A stretch of DNA of 64,000 bases from Rhynchopus sp. YZ270_cl-10. Lineage: Eukaryota. Location: positions 2,232,001-2,296,000 of the forward strand of contig OZ037833.1 in assembly GCA_964035575.1 (NCBI GenBank), in the 5' to 3' direction. Position 1 is the first letter of the stretch, and the number at the start of each line of letters is the position of its first letter. A program made the position numbers and the translations under genes. The notes under the pieces are model-generated. The model was not told the origin of the DNA and ran no database searches. It was given only the letters and a program-made list of their open reading frames with translations. Positions 36,840 to 49,281 of this stretch are shown piece by piece.

Positions 36840-39800
36840 ATTTTTGTGTTTCTTTCTGTGGCAAAAAACTTCTCTCTTAGGACCTCGGACGGTCCTGTAA
36901 CAAAAAAAATAAAGAAAAGTTTGTCGGATGGAGTAGCCTCTGTATGGGCACCTTCGTTACAATAGCAAAGTCCTGCTACTGCTAAACGCTCTGAAAAAAG
37001 GAAAAAAAGAAAAAGAAAGAAGTTGAAAGTGCAAACACCTCGCCGTTCATCGGCAGACGCAACGAACCTCTCCTGCTGGTTATCGAACCCCAGAGAGCAC
37101 TAAAGAGATACAGATCTTTTCTGGATTGGGATGTAGTTGCCTTGCAAGACAGTTACCACTATCCCATTATCCCATTTATTTTATTGATTTTCCTTCCATA
37201 TTGTTGGAGTTGCTGGAAAGAAGAAAAAAAAAAGAGGGGATCCTTCTCTCGCTGCGTTCTTTTTAAAGATTGCATTCCTTTTCAAAAGGGAAAATGAAAT
37301 GCATTGAAGAAATGAATATTTCAGGCAAAAAATAATAATAATAATAATGGACACCCATCTAAAAAAAAACACAATAACAAAATAACGGTTTTATTTTCTT
37401 CTGATTTTGCAGAAAAAAAAGCATCACAAAGAAAAAGACTGTAAACAGCGTCTCTTTATTTTTTGGTTGAGGAAGGGGTGGGGTTGCTTCGTGAAAGAAC
37501 CATCGACACATGTGGTATAAAAAATAATAATACAGTTCCTGCACGAATCTGTACCATAGCCAAGATGCTTACAGTGACTAGAGTATTACCTACTATTTCA
37601 TTAGTTGAGTGGTAAGTCTTCAGTCAAACCCGTGAAGCTATTTTGTGTAACTTACATCTCGTTCCAAAAAAATACCACCTCAAACAAAAAAATCAAAAAA
37701 AAAGAGGAAAAACTTGAAAAAATGAATGAAACCACGCAAGGAAACATACCAAAATTCTCAACCAAAAAAAAAACCCCCCATCAAAATTCTCAAAAACTGA
37801 GAAAATAAAAAGGGGAAGAAGGGGCTCGGGAGGAGGGGAGAAAAAACAGGAAAAAAAATAGGCAAAAGAATTCACCTAATTAGATTCACACACTTCCAAT
37901 TCAGAATGGAAAGTATTGAGTCCAAAAAAAAAAAAAAAAAGGCCATTTAATGACCTCCCCCCCCAAGAACGATATTCCTCCAACAAAGGCTTCAAAAAAA
38001 CAATGTGGTATTGCAGCACCGCAAAGCAACTTCACGTAGAGACGGGAAGAGTTATGATGTGTCCATGCACGCTCATGTACTCTGTTCAACCGACTATGAA
38101 GCCTCATAACGACGTAGACAAAAAAAAATGAGTGTGCATGGGCCGAAAAAACTGGCCCATATTAAAAAAGTTGAAAGTGCAAAGCCTTTCGAATCGTGTT
38201 CAATGGTTGACCTCAATTCCCTGCAAGGTTCCCTTCTCCCCATCAGGGCTCAACGCCTCTCTCCCTCTGTGCCCATCTCCCATAAGAAAAAGGGGAGAAA
38301 AATCTCCTGTTTTTGCAGAATACAGTCCTGTGCTCTCCATTTGTAAATTTGATCGCACTCTAACGCAGGGATATAGCCTGACCCAAACCTATCTCGTCTC
38401 CTGGGTATCCAATGATCCCCGTTCGTTATCTGATGAGTGGAGGCGGGAGTAGGACGTAGTAACGGTATTCACGAAAGGAGAGATAGGTGAGGAACGGTTG
38501 CGTGGAGCTCACACTAAAAGAAAAAAAAAGCGAGGTGTCCACACAGTATCAATTATTCAAAAACAAAATAAAAATGTGTTTTTCGTACAGTACAAAACAA
38601 AAACATCGTCCCAAAAGGCAAGGATATCGACAAATCTGCGCAGTGTTTGCAGGGCAAATTCTATGCATGCATTGTGGACATAAAAACCACGATGGGAGGA
38701 TTAATACACAACAAAAAGCAGATACAGGGGAAAGGGTCACCGCTGACGCTCTGTGGTATTTCTGGACATGGTCAGATTTAACAAAGGAAAAATGGTTTGC
38801 CACAATGCTGTGGGACTGTCTCCTTCTTGCGCACAATGTGCTGTAACAAAGTGAAATTGGACAAATGCACGCCTCTGTAGACGTAAGCAATGACCATCAA
38901 GTATGTGAACCTAATAATGGCAATGGGAATTTTCTGGGTTTTGTGTTCACATGAAAAAATCATTTATAAAGTTGCTGTTTGTTGTTGGGGGGTTTATTAT
39001 ATTTTTTTTGGCAGCTAGGCTGCCTTCGTTCGAATCTAGGTATTTTGTTTGTTTTTTTTTGGGTGAGGTTTGGTCAAATTTGATTTTCCTCCACAAAAAA
39101 TAAAAATAAAAATTGAAGAGATGAAGTTCATGTTGAGGTGCACACATCTTCAAAACCAAAGTACGCCGCAAAAAAAAACCTCCCCTTTTCCTTCCCATCT
39201 CTTCGACAATTGTCGTTGAGCACTTGGTGTTAGTTTCATCAGCTAGGATCGAAGCATTTCGCTTCCATATTTTTTTTTTTTAGTGGGGAAAAAAAAAGCG
39301 GAAGAGGGGAAATTGTTGACACTACATTTCTATACTAGGTCTTGTTATGATATCACTTTGCACCACATGTGTTCTCTAATTGAAAACAAAGGCGGAACAG
39401 AATATTTGCATCACTCCAAAACCAGTCGTACCTTTTTGCAATGTATACATTCCCTCTCTACCCAGAAAAAAAAACAAGAGACGTTGAAAATGCAAAAAAA
39501 AGTGATCATCAAATGAAAGGCGGGCCCAAAGGAGGACAGTTTACATCTGCACAGATAAAACGAGCCTAAAGGTGGAGATGGTTTTGTATGTACTCGCATT
39601 TGAGGAGATTCGAAAAGTTGGAATAAAAGCGTTACGACGTTTTGTGCAAAAAAAAATATGCTTCCTCTAATCGTCAGAGACTAAAATATGGAGTGGCTCG
39701 TCCCAAAATAAAGTGTCTTTTTTGTACTTATTTTGTAGCACAAAAGTGGCGTTTTGGGGCCACCAAACTATTTACATAAAATCACCTCCGAAAAGGTTTG

Positions 39801-42800
39801 TTTGACCGTTTTTTTAAAAGAAAATTTTGTCACAAAGAATCGTCTCCTCTCATGAGTCACCTTTAAAAACATCGAGAAAAAGAAAAAAAGAACACATTTC
39901 TCTTGAAAATTTGACAACGTGGCATCGTCATCACCTATGTGATCACCACACAATTACTTTTTTTTTTGTTCCGTTATTTATATTTTGTTGTATTGACAAA
40001 TCACCCCATTTAAAGGTGAATTCTGTACTTTTTTTTGTAGTTGCGACCATCACCTGTCCGAGGACCGGTTCTGACAAAGGTTTTTTTTTCCCACCCAAAT
40101 ATTGGGCTTTGTTCTTTGCGACCCCTCTGAAACCCATCAAAGTTGAACCTAAACTCTCGCAACATTATAACACAAAGAGGGAACCCCTAATAGGGAGGTG
40201 AAAAGAAATAGAAAATGGGGTAGGGGACAAAATCAACGTGAAGCTGATTCGGATAATATGGCGAAACGTAAATACAGAGGAAAAGACAGAGAGAGAGAAA
40301 AAACACAAAGAAAAACTTGAGTGCAAAAAAAGCCTTCACACATACCCACGGCCAAAAAAAAAAAACACACTTCCCTTTTTGGATCAAGCGAAACTACCTA
40401 TCGAGTCACGCAATGAGGCCGTTGGTAGTGTACCTGCTATCTATACAGACTAAGTCGTGGAATCACTGCAAACGCACACAATACCTCACCAGAAAAAAAT
40501 TTAAAAAGAAAAATTCAGTGAATATGTCTCACATACATAACACATCTGAAAAAAAAAAGTAGAGTTGAAATACAAAGCCCTCTCGTGAACAGTGTACCTT
40601 GGTATGACCGGCTGTACCGGGGGGTGGACACAAAAAAAAAAAGAAAGGTTTATAAGATGAACCTAAGCCTCTTGTGCTTAATCACCTAAAAAAGGGTAAT
40701 CTTTGACACCTCAACGAATAAAGGCAATCTGATCTCCGTGGATGTGAGACAGAAAATGGGGAATATGGGAATGGCTAATAGCTAGTAGGAGGCTTGACGG
40801 TAAAAAAAAGGAAAAGGTTGGGGGATAGAGAGGAGGGAGAGGACACCACATAACTAAGAGAAGTTGAAAGACGTCGAATGATCCTTTGTTTTGTTTTGTT
40901 TTTTGATTTTTTTTTTCTTCTTTTTTTTCGATTCGCTAAACGTCTAGTATCACGAATCGGTCTCCTTCCTCTGCAATTTGTGTTGCAAAAAGAAGGAGTA
41001 AAAAAAAAGAGGGAAAAAAAAAAACAAAAAAGAAAAAGAGAAAGAGAAAAAAAAGGGGAGATTGACAGTGGGAGGTAGAGCGTGCTTTTAAAAAAAAAAA
41101 TCATTGCTGGGAGAAAACGGATTTCCTTTCAAACAACTCAAAAGATAACCCCCTTTTTTTGTCTGCAACTCTTTTTATTTTCTGGGGAAGGGGAGAACAA
41201 AAGAAATCTCCAATAAAAAATTGGAGAGTTTTTTGTGTGTGTGGAAGGATCAATACCGAAAATATGGTAGACTTTTAATAAACCAACAAAATAATAAAAA
41301 AAAACAGTGAAACCATTTGTGTACGATGGTTGTGGTGCAGACCTTGCAGATTAGAGTTACCAATGGTATTACCTAGGACCCTTGGATCGGGGTACCTTTA
41401 GAAAAAAATTGCTGGTTTATTTCCTGTTTAGAATTGTGAATCTCTTTGAAATGTGCACTTATTTAAGAAATACCCAAAAAGAGGACCATAAATGGTGAAA
41501 ACGCGCCGGGTACCTACTACACGAAGGAAAACAACGAAATAAGTCGCCCAAAATAAAGTTGACTTGACATACAAAGCCCTCTTCGTGACAGTGTACCTGA
41601 GAGAAAAAAAAGAGGGAAGGGATAGGAAGACGTCTCTAAGGCTCACAATGACGAAGAAAGTGAAGTAGACAATTCTCCCTCGTGCGAACGCAGGGATACA
41701 GGCACCTCACGCTCCATCTGTTTGTCGAACCCCGATTGTTGAAGATAGACCTAAATACCGCTGTGCTTACGTCAACTGGAAAAAAAAAAGAGTGGTTTTT
41801 TTTCTTGTTTTGCCAATTCATTTGTCTGCACACAGCGAATCAAAAATACAATCAATCACAGTACAGGGAAGTACTTTTTGAAGAAAAATCAATTTTTGGC
41901 AAATTCAAAAAATTGACAACAAAAAAAAAAAAAAACGTGATGTACATGGCCATCTTCACAAATCATCTATTTTCCAATGTGCGCTTTTTTTTGTTTTGTT
42001 TTCCCAAAACAAAGTAAAAAGGGGAGGGGAAACAACGTTTTTTAAAAGAATCTTCGGAATTTGATTGAGCGAAACAGAGTTGCTCTCATGACAGTACCTT
42101 TTGGTACATGAATGGTGGACCCCTAACCATGCCAGCCCTAGATCCATTTCGAGGTTGACATCTGATATGCAAAACAAGAGGGAGGAGAGATGAAACGACA
42201 TTTATGTCCCTTTTTTTTTGCCCCTTTTTTTTGTCGACAATCACCTGTACTCAATGTCGCCCGAAGGCTAATGTACTTAGATATACGACTTTTTTTTGCC
42301 TCTTTTCAGTGGAACTGTCGAGAGGCCTCCATTTGCCGCACACGCCATACAATAATAGAAACGGTACTGGCAGATACACAAGGCTTCTGTTCTCATGGGA
42401 TGACACCAAAATGAGAGGAAAGTAAAAAGAGTTGATAAGATGAACCTAAGCTGATCAATGTTTAAAAAAACCCCCCATAATTTGCCACGGATATAATTTG
42501 CGAAAAAGTCCGGTTTTTCTGTAGCGCGGGGGGAAAAAATTGCGAAAAACCCCTTTTTTTTTGGCGGGGTGGGGAGGAAAAAGACGTTGCTGGGAAAAAT
42601 AGCATCTACAGATGTGGCAACCAAAAAGGGGTGATCATCGTGAATGCATATGCCCTGTGAATGTAGGGACGTTAATAAAAAACAGAAAGGTTTTGTATTG
42701 ATGAACCTAAGCCTCGTGTGATTAGGTCAAACCTTCAAAAGTGAGTATCGTTATTGATGACGTAAGAGGGAAACAATGGAGAGAAAAGACAAATAGAAAC

Positions 42801-44730
42801 GTAACACTTAACACTCACCACACGATAAAACCCATGGGAGACAGGTTGTGGTGAAACGCACGACACCTCGACCTGTTTGGTGAGGGGGTGGCTCTGCAGC
42901 GCGGTTCGTCCCCAGAACCGCAAAGTGTGTTCAAAATGCTTTGTTTCTATTTCCTCCTTCATGTTATGAGGTGACACAAAATGATTGGTGCGTAAAAAAA
43001 AGTGAAGTCAGTAGTGCAAATGCCTCTGGGACGCAGGCACCTGACGCTCCGTGGGTTATCGAACCCTGGAGTGATGCACTGTGTACTTGCTTGCAGGTAG
43101 ACTGTGAGCAGGCTTTCGGGCTTTCCCAAACCCCGTATCCTGCAAACCCTGACGCAGGCACAAAAAAAAAGTTGACTTGAAATACAAAACCCTCTCGTGG
43201 CAGTGAAAAAACTGAGGGCGGGGAAAAGGTGAAAGAAAGAGTCGAAAGTGCATACGCCTCTACTAAATATCATGGAATCCAAATTTTGAAAAATAAAGTT
43301 TTGAAAAGATTAAAAAACCAACACTCAACTATCGTCTAGCCAGTGTCACGCCTACCTCGGTAGGTTACAGTGAGAAAAAAAAAAATGAAAAATCAACATC
43401 AAGGGGCGCACATCGTCGTTTAAAGAAAACAAAAGACACACATGATTTTTTTTTTCATCTTTGAAATTATTTTTTTTGCTCTTTTTTTTTTTTGCATCAC
43501 TTGTGGGAGGGGGTAGGGGGAGATAAAGAAGAGTACCAGGAGATACAAGGATATGAAATCAAATACTCCTGGTCAAAAAGGGACTTTACAAAAAAAGGGG
43601 AGGGGGTTTTGTGAAGGGAAACAACAGCATATGATAGGATATTACCAGCAAAAAAATAAACTAAAAAGAGGTAAAGATGAATGTGCTTCACATACACATC
43701 TCTCGAAAAGTTGGACCGTTTTTGTGTTTGGCAAACACTACATTACGTGCTATTGTTTTATTTATTTTTTTGAAAACTTGGTTGTATTAGTGTAGCCACC
43801 CTAGAGTATGCTCCACTAGTACTAGTTTTTTTTTTTCTTCTTGATAAATTGTTGGAGTACTGTAGTTGCCTCGGTTGTGTCGCCACAGTTGTGCAATCTC
43901 CACTGTTATTTTGTCTGCTGTGTTATTTTCCATTTTTGGGGTATATTGTTTCAGGTCTACCCACACAACACGTGGCTGTATTCTATCCTAAGAATTGAAT
44001 ATTAAGACAGGGTGATAAGAAAAAGGTATTTTAAGAAACATCCCTAGTACAGGTCAACCAGCAAAATCATCGGGGGAGGTGAGAGGGGGGAAGGCTTCCC
44101 TGTCGAATCTCTCTTATGGGGAACAGTGGAATAGTGACGCATTATGCTTTTGTTTTGTTGTTCAAAAAAAAACAAGCTTTTTGCTTCTTTTGTTCGAACA
44201 AAAAATGTGGCTAAACAATACAAAGATCCTCTTTCCATGCAAAGTATCGTGTGAACGTTACTTTGCACAGCAAAAGACATCACTAAAAGAAAAATTCTGG
44301 GGAAATGGGAAGGGAAGTTTTTTGGTGAGACGCTGTGGGGAAGGGGGGGGAAAAAAATCATATTAACAAACTAAAATAAAAGCCTTTCCCCATTCCTCCC
44401 AAGAAAGAGTTATTCCTTCAAAACCAAATATAAAAAAACCCTGAGACTCAGCCCAATGTTTCTTTTTTGTTTTGCTTTATTACAAGCTTCCAGTCTAGAG
44501 CTGGTAAATTTGCTTGGAGAGGGAAAGGGAAAGGGTGATTTACTCTGGTAAACTCAAAGTTTCGTGGTGTTCTTTTTTTCCAGCTGCAACTTTTTTTTCG
44601 CAACTCTTTGTGAATGCAAAAAAAAAAACAAAAATAACAAATCAAACCACAAAAAAAAAAATCATGTGAAATCCTTTTCCCCCCTCATTTTTCCTCCGCT
44701 CTCCCCCCCCGCCACCCGTCCAAGCTTTTG

Positions 44731-45975
44731 TTATTCAGCTTCTGGGTAGGGTGGGGTGATAGATGCGTAGCTGGAATCGAGATTGTCACTGAAGGATGTG
44801 TCGCTTTGCGTTTCACTGAGGGTGACACCGGTGGGGAGGAGATGGACTTGGGAGGCAGCCGCAGCCGCGGTCGCAGCACTGCCACTCCCTTGCCTCGCAG
44901 ACGAAGGAATCGGGACGTTGTTGGACGTACCCCCACAGCCACTCAACGTACACGCCAGGGTTCCACACGGCCCATCATGGTACGGCAACAACGACGCTGG
45001 AGAGTGAGAGTGAGAGTGAGAATGCCCTGCCGCCTCATCAGTATCCCCTGCACTCCCCGTAAAGGAGGCCCCCTTAATCAAAATGGGTGGCGTACCCGAC
45101 AGCATCGTGGTAGGTCCTGTAGGTGGCACAGCTGGGATGGGTGCTGTGGTGGGAATGGTTTGTGGGGTGTCTGTTTCGCCGAGAGAGGAGATGCTGCCGG
45201 AGGAGGCTTTGTCGATGGGGACCATGTGGCTTGGGGGTTGGCTGGTCTGTCGTGCGGGAAGGGATTTGACAGTGTCGTTGAGATCTGTTGACGCCTTTGC
45301 AGGGATCACCTTCAGCGACGCTTTGCGTTCTGATACATAAAACCCCTGCGCCTTCGCCTCCTTCTGCAAACGCTCCACAAAGCATTTCGCAAGCTCCATT
45401 TCCTCCTCAGTTTGACGGAACAAAACCTTCTCAGGCTTCACATTCCGCTCATAATGCTCCTTCCCCAAAGACAACGCCCTGCCAACCAAACCGTACTGCC
45501 CTTTGTAGTGAAGCTTCGTCTTCTGGTACTTCCCATACTGCGAGGTGTTCATCGTCTTCAACTCATTGAGCACACCACGCGCCGCAACTAACAGAGCAGG
45601 CTCTGACAAGCGAGGGGCAGAGGCTGCCTTTGGAGAAGGGGGTGTCTTTTTGGTTTCGTTCTTTTCCGCCTTGCGGCGGTTGGTTGGGGATGGGGCAGAG
45701 CCGCTGGAGGAGCTGCTCGGGGAGGTGGGTGCGTGGTCTGAGCACGAAGAGGGCACGCCTGCCGAAGATCCCTCTGCGCACGGCGGGAGGTCCGCTGCCA
45801 CACGCATACCCGGTGCACCAGGCAGCGTCGGTGTGGGTGGCTCCACCTCTATTGCAGCCGCGCAAAACTCCGCCTGCAAACCACCCTTACTATGCGCCTC
45901 GCGTATCGCAGCCAGACGCATCTGCAGCACACTGAGGGCCCGTCTCGCCTCCAGATGCTTCTGAGGAACCGCCAT
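44731..45975 (-). CDS. Hypothetical protein (414 aa, Ser/Pro/Thr-rich); may have a further 5' exon
   Basis: Long GC-rich ORF in AT-rich surroundings on the same strand as all genes. The frame stays open upstream to an acceptor-like TTTCAG near 46030. No family recognised. Confidence 0.65.
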   Translation of the reverse strand: MAVPQKHLEARRALSVLQMRLAAIREAHSKGGLQAEFCAAAIEVEPPTPTLPGAPGMRVAADLPPCAEGSSAGVPSSCSDHAPTSPSSSSSGSAPSPTNRRKAEKNETKKTPPSPKAASAPRLSEPALLVAARGVLNELKTMNTSQYGKYQKTKLHYKGQYGLVGRALSLGKEHYERNVKPEKVLFRQTEEEMELAKCFVERLQKEAKAQGFYVSERKASLKVIPAKASTDLNDTVKSLPARQTSQPPSHMVPIDKASSGSISSLGETDTPQTIPTTAPIPAVPPTGPTTMLSGTPPILIKGASFTGSAGDTDEAAGHSHSHSHSPASLLPYHDGPCGTLACTLSGCGGTSNNVPIPSSARQGSGSAATAAAAASQVHLLPTGVTLSETQSDTSFSDNLDSSYASITPPYPEAE

Positions 45976-46256
45976 TTCCTCTACTTGGCCTCCGGTCTTG
46001 GGGTAAACCCCAATACCTTCTATAGACCTGAAAGGATGATGTTGGGTTGTTTAAAGTGAAGTGTAAAATGGTGATATGCCAACATTCCTCTGTCCACACA
46101 GGCGACGGAGCTCCTCAGGTAGAACCACGGAGGGCACTTTATTGATGCACACCTAGGGGAATGCTGTATGAAGGCAGAGGCACTAAACCATCTAGAATAG
46201 AAAGTTTTAAGTCAGGTTGAGAAGGGGAGAAAAAAATGGGGAGAATGGGATGTCGG

Positions 46257-47060
46257 CTATACATTATGCATAATGCATATCTCAGCAATCTCGCTCGCAG
46301 AGAGCTGTGGATGCCAAAGGTCGATGATGAGTGTAATACGTTCCCCACCCACCCCATTGCATTGTACAGAGTGCAGAAATGAGTCGTCAAAGAGAAAGCA
46401 CTGTCCTGCCTGTGGAGAATACAATTCACCTGCAACAAAGAACGTAACACCATCAGGCTGTTTCAGTGGGAGCTGCAGACGAAGTCTCGCATTAGTAGAA
46501 CCATGGTGTGGGGTGACACACAGCCCACCTTCACCAAAGGTTAGTCTACTGAAGAACACATTCCCAAACACGGTGCCACACATTACATTAAACCCTGACC
46601 GCCCCATAACCCCTTTTAATATTTCACTCAGAAGAGGAAGTTCGTGACAGAGACGTCCTTGGTTTATGAGAAACAGCGTCTGCCATGTTCCCCCATCGAC
46701 CATAGGGTTGGTGGTCCAAAGAGGGGAAGACAAAGGGAATGTTTGTTGCAGTTCATCGAGAATCGCAGCAGTGTTGTGTTCGAGTCTGGTCACCCACGAA
46801 GGTGTTTGCAAGACGGTGGTACGCTTCCCGTTGCACTGCCAGACAGGCACTGCAAGCAATCCCTCGTGGTGTAACACCGTCGCACCCTGTTCCCGTGGGT
46901 TGATATCCCTCCCCATACCCCTACCCCCATGTGTGCCTGCACATCGTGTGCATCCGACCCTCCCGCATGTCCTCTTCTCCCCCTTCCCCACAAAAAACCC
47001 AACCAACAACACAAAAACAACCAAACTCACAAAATGCTCTGCAATCCAATCCAGCATCAT
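46257..47060 (-). CDS. Aspartyl/asparaginyl beta-hydroxylase domain (2OG-Fe(II)) protein with N-terminal TM anchor
   Basis: PHHGSTNARLRLQLPL, FLFDDSFLHSV and RITLIIDLWHPQL motifs. Confidence 0.88.
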   Translation of the reverse strand: MMLDWIAEHFVSLVVFVLLVGFFVGKGEKRTCGRVGCTRCAGTHGGRGMGRDINPREQGATVLHHEGLLAVPVWQCNGKRTTVLQTPSWVTRLEHNTAAILDELQQTFPLSSPLWTTNPMVDGGTWQTLFLINQGRLCHELPLLSEILKGVMGRSGFNVMCGTVFGNVFFSRLTFGEGGLCVTPHHGSTNARLRLQLPLKQPDGVTFFVAGELYSPQAGQCFLFDDSFLHSVQCNGVGGERITLIIDLWHPQLSASEIAEICIMHNV

Positions 47061-47711
47061 ATCTGTAAATGGGGGGGGGTAGGAAAAGAAGCCGGGAAGG
47101 GGAGAGGAGGGAGGAGGAGGAGGAGGAGGAAGGGCAAAAGAGAAGGGTTGTTGTTTGAAGGAGGGAGTGTGCTTTCTAGCTTAAAGGGGGGGTCGACGTA
47201 TTATGTAGGTGCGGGTATTATGCTAGCATAATACCCGCACGCTTTTTGAGGCAATTTTAACTTTTCATTTTGAATTTTTTTAAAATTTAACCTCCAATTT
47301 ACCCTTATGTAGGGGGGCGGAAGGAGAAGGGGCACCAAAATTAGGAATAAGGGCAGGGCAAGTTTTTTTCTCGTTTCTTATTATTTGCAGCTCAAAAAAA
47401 TGCGCGCGCGCGCGCAAAAAAAAAATAACTAGTCGAAAAAAAATACCCCACCTACCACGTAGGTCTTAGTGGGGGAAAAACATGATGATACGTTGTTGGC
47501 TGTGGAGTAACCTCCCCGAGCCACCCTATACCCACCCCACCCCACCCCGCCCTAACCACCCCCAGATTTTTCGCGATATTTGGTGCTCCAAAAATTTGCC
47601 GGAACCGAAAATCGTGTAGTTTGGGGGTATTGAGGCCAGAAAAAATTTGTGTGAATACATGAAAATATTCCTGATAGGCCAAAACATCAGCTGTTTTGGT
47701 CATTTTTGCCT

Positions 47712-47960
47712 TGTACTGTGTACTGTGTACTGTGTACTGTGTACTGTGTACTGTGTACTGTGTACTGTGTACTGTGTACTGTGTACTGTGTACTGTGTAC
47801 TGTGTACTGTGTACTGTGTACTGTGTACTGTGTACTGTGTACTGTGTACTGTGTACTGTGTACTGTGTACTGTGTACTGTGTACTGTGTACTGTGTACTG
47901 TGTACTGTGTACTGTGTACTGTGTACTGTGTACTGTGTACTGTGTACTGTGTACTGTGTA
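47712..47960. repeat. Perfect heptamer microsatellite (TGTACTG)~35
   Basis: Direct reading. Confidence 0.98.
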
Positions 47961-48146
47961 GAAACACGGTAGAAACATGGGAATCGGTTATGTAGCCACG
48001 CCAGTAAAAATTTAACACCAGGTGGCATGCTTCCCAGTACATAAGTGCATAGAAAAAATCGTAAAACAACGTGTAATCTGTGGTGGTCAAAAGTGCACAA
48101 TTCCTTCGGCAATGTTCAGCCAGGCAAAATTTTTTTGCTCCACTGT

Positions 48147-49281
48147 CAGGGCTTCCCACAGGGGGGACCAGGGGGGACCACTGGTCCCCCTGGGGGAAAA
48201 TAAAAATAATAAGGGGGGACCAGGGGGGACCAGGGGGGACCAGCCTGCCCTTGAGTGTTCCGAGGCTGCCTATTAGGAATTTTCCACATTTTTTTTAATT
48301 TTTCCCACCCTCCCGTCCCCGCGCATCCAAATACAGGCAACTACACGACGGTGATGTACAGTACATTACAAGTGAAGTTACATGTAACGTTACAAGTGAA
48401 AAACCGTTACAAGTGAGTTACAAGTGAGTTACAAGTGGGATACATGAATTACAGGCAAAATCAGGTTGTAACTGGTGGGTTACAAGTGAGTTACAAGTGA
48501 GTTACATGTAACAAAAGTTACATGTAACTCACTTGTAACTCCACTTGTAACACCCGTTACATCACCGTCGTGTAACAGGGGGAAAAGATGGCACCAAAAA
48601 AGTCCTCCGGACCAAGACAGATTTCCATAATGGAATTTGCAAAGCGACCGGCGGAGTCCCAGTTATCGGCTCAGGCTCCGAAGAGGCAGAAAATAACGGT
48701 TGCAAAGAACCACGAGTATGCCTCATGGGCAAAGTGACCCCGTCACAGCCAGAACGCGACTCAATTGGTCAAACGCCGAAGGAAAAGGAAGCATGCAGCA
48801 TGGCAAAAGAAAAAAGTAGCGTACCGTGCGCCTGCGGCGCAAGATTGCAAGCCACCCATGACATAGTGTGGCTGTAAAATGTGCAATTTTAATCACAGTA
48901 TTTTGAAATGTTGCGTACCGTGGCTTCGCCAGGAACCTTTGCCATGACTGTCGTTTCTTTTTGTAGATGTCTATACGAGGAAACGTCTGCACGCTACCGA
49001 CCTGACATATTTTTTCTTATTCCGCAAAGGTGGGGAACGTGAGATGATATGCAATATGCGAGTTAATGCAGCAGTTTTAACGGTTTGCCGGGACATTTTC
49101 GCCGAAGTCGAAAAATTTTTTTGACCACTTAAAGTGCGTAAAGGCGCGTAACGTAACGTAGCGTCAGCGTTAATGCTACACACCACACAAATTAAAATCA
49201 TTGAAAAAAAAAAAAAAATTCCACCTTTTTTTGGCTGGTCCCCCTGGGAGGCCAAAACCCCAGATCCTGCGGGAAGCCCTG
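48147..49281. mobile_element. Nested non-autonomous hAT-like element
   Basis: TIR CAGGGCTTCCC(A/G)CAGG; subterminal CAGGGGGGAC repeats; degenerate TSD CCACTGT / CCACTCGC. Confidence 0.65.
48344..48572. mobile_element. Nested Tc1/mariner-type MITE (229 bp)
   Basis: Perfect TIR CACGACGGTGATGTA with TA on both flanks; internal TTACAAGTGAG repeats in both orientations. Confidence 0.8.

Noticed and set aside
36900..43400. CRISPR-like reading of the recurring ~34-nt motif
   Set aside because: Spacing is irregular at kb scale, copies are diverged, there are no cas genes and the context is eukaryotic
43778..43830. Helitron 3' end (hairpin then CTAG-T on the plus strand)
   Set aside because: CTAG is absent from the other three copies of the hairpin
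43845..43905. H/ACA snoRNA call (hairpin followed by ACA on the minus strand)
   Set aside because: The pocket-to-ACA distance is ~7 nt instead of 14-16, and the 60.6-kb copy lacks the lower stem
47452..48159. ORFs with (HSTQYTV)n / (YCVLCTV)n
   Set aside because: Microsatellite translation inside a non-autonomous element
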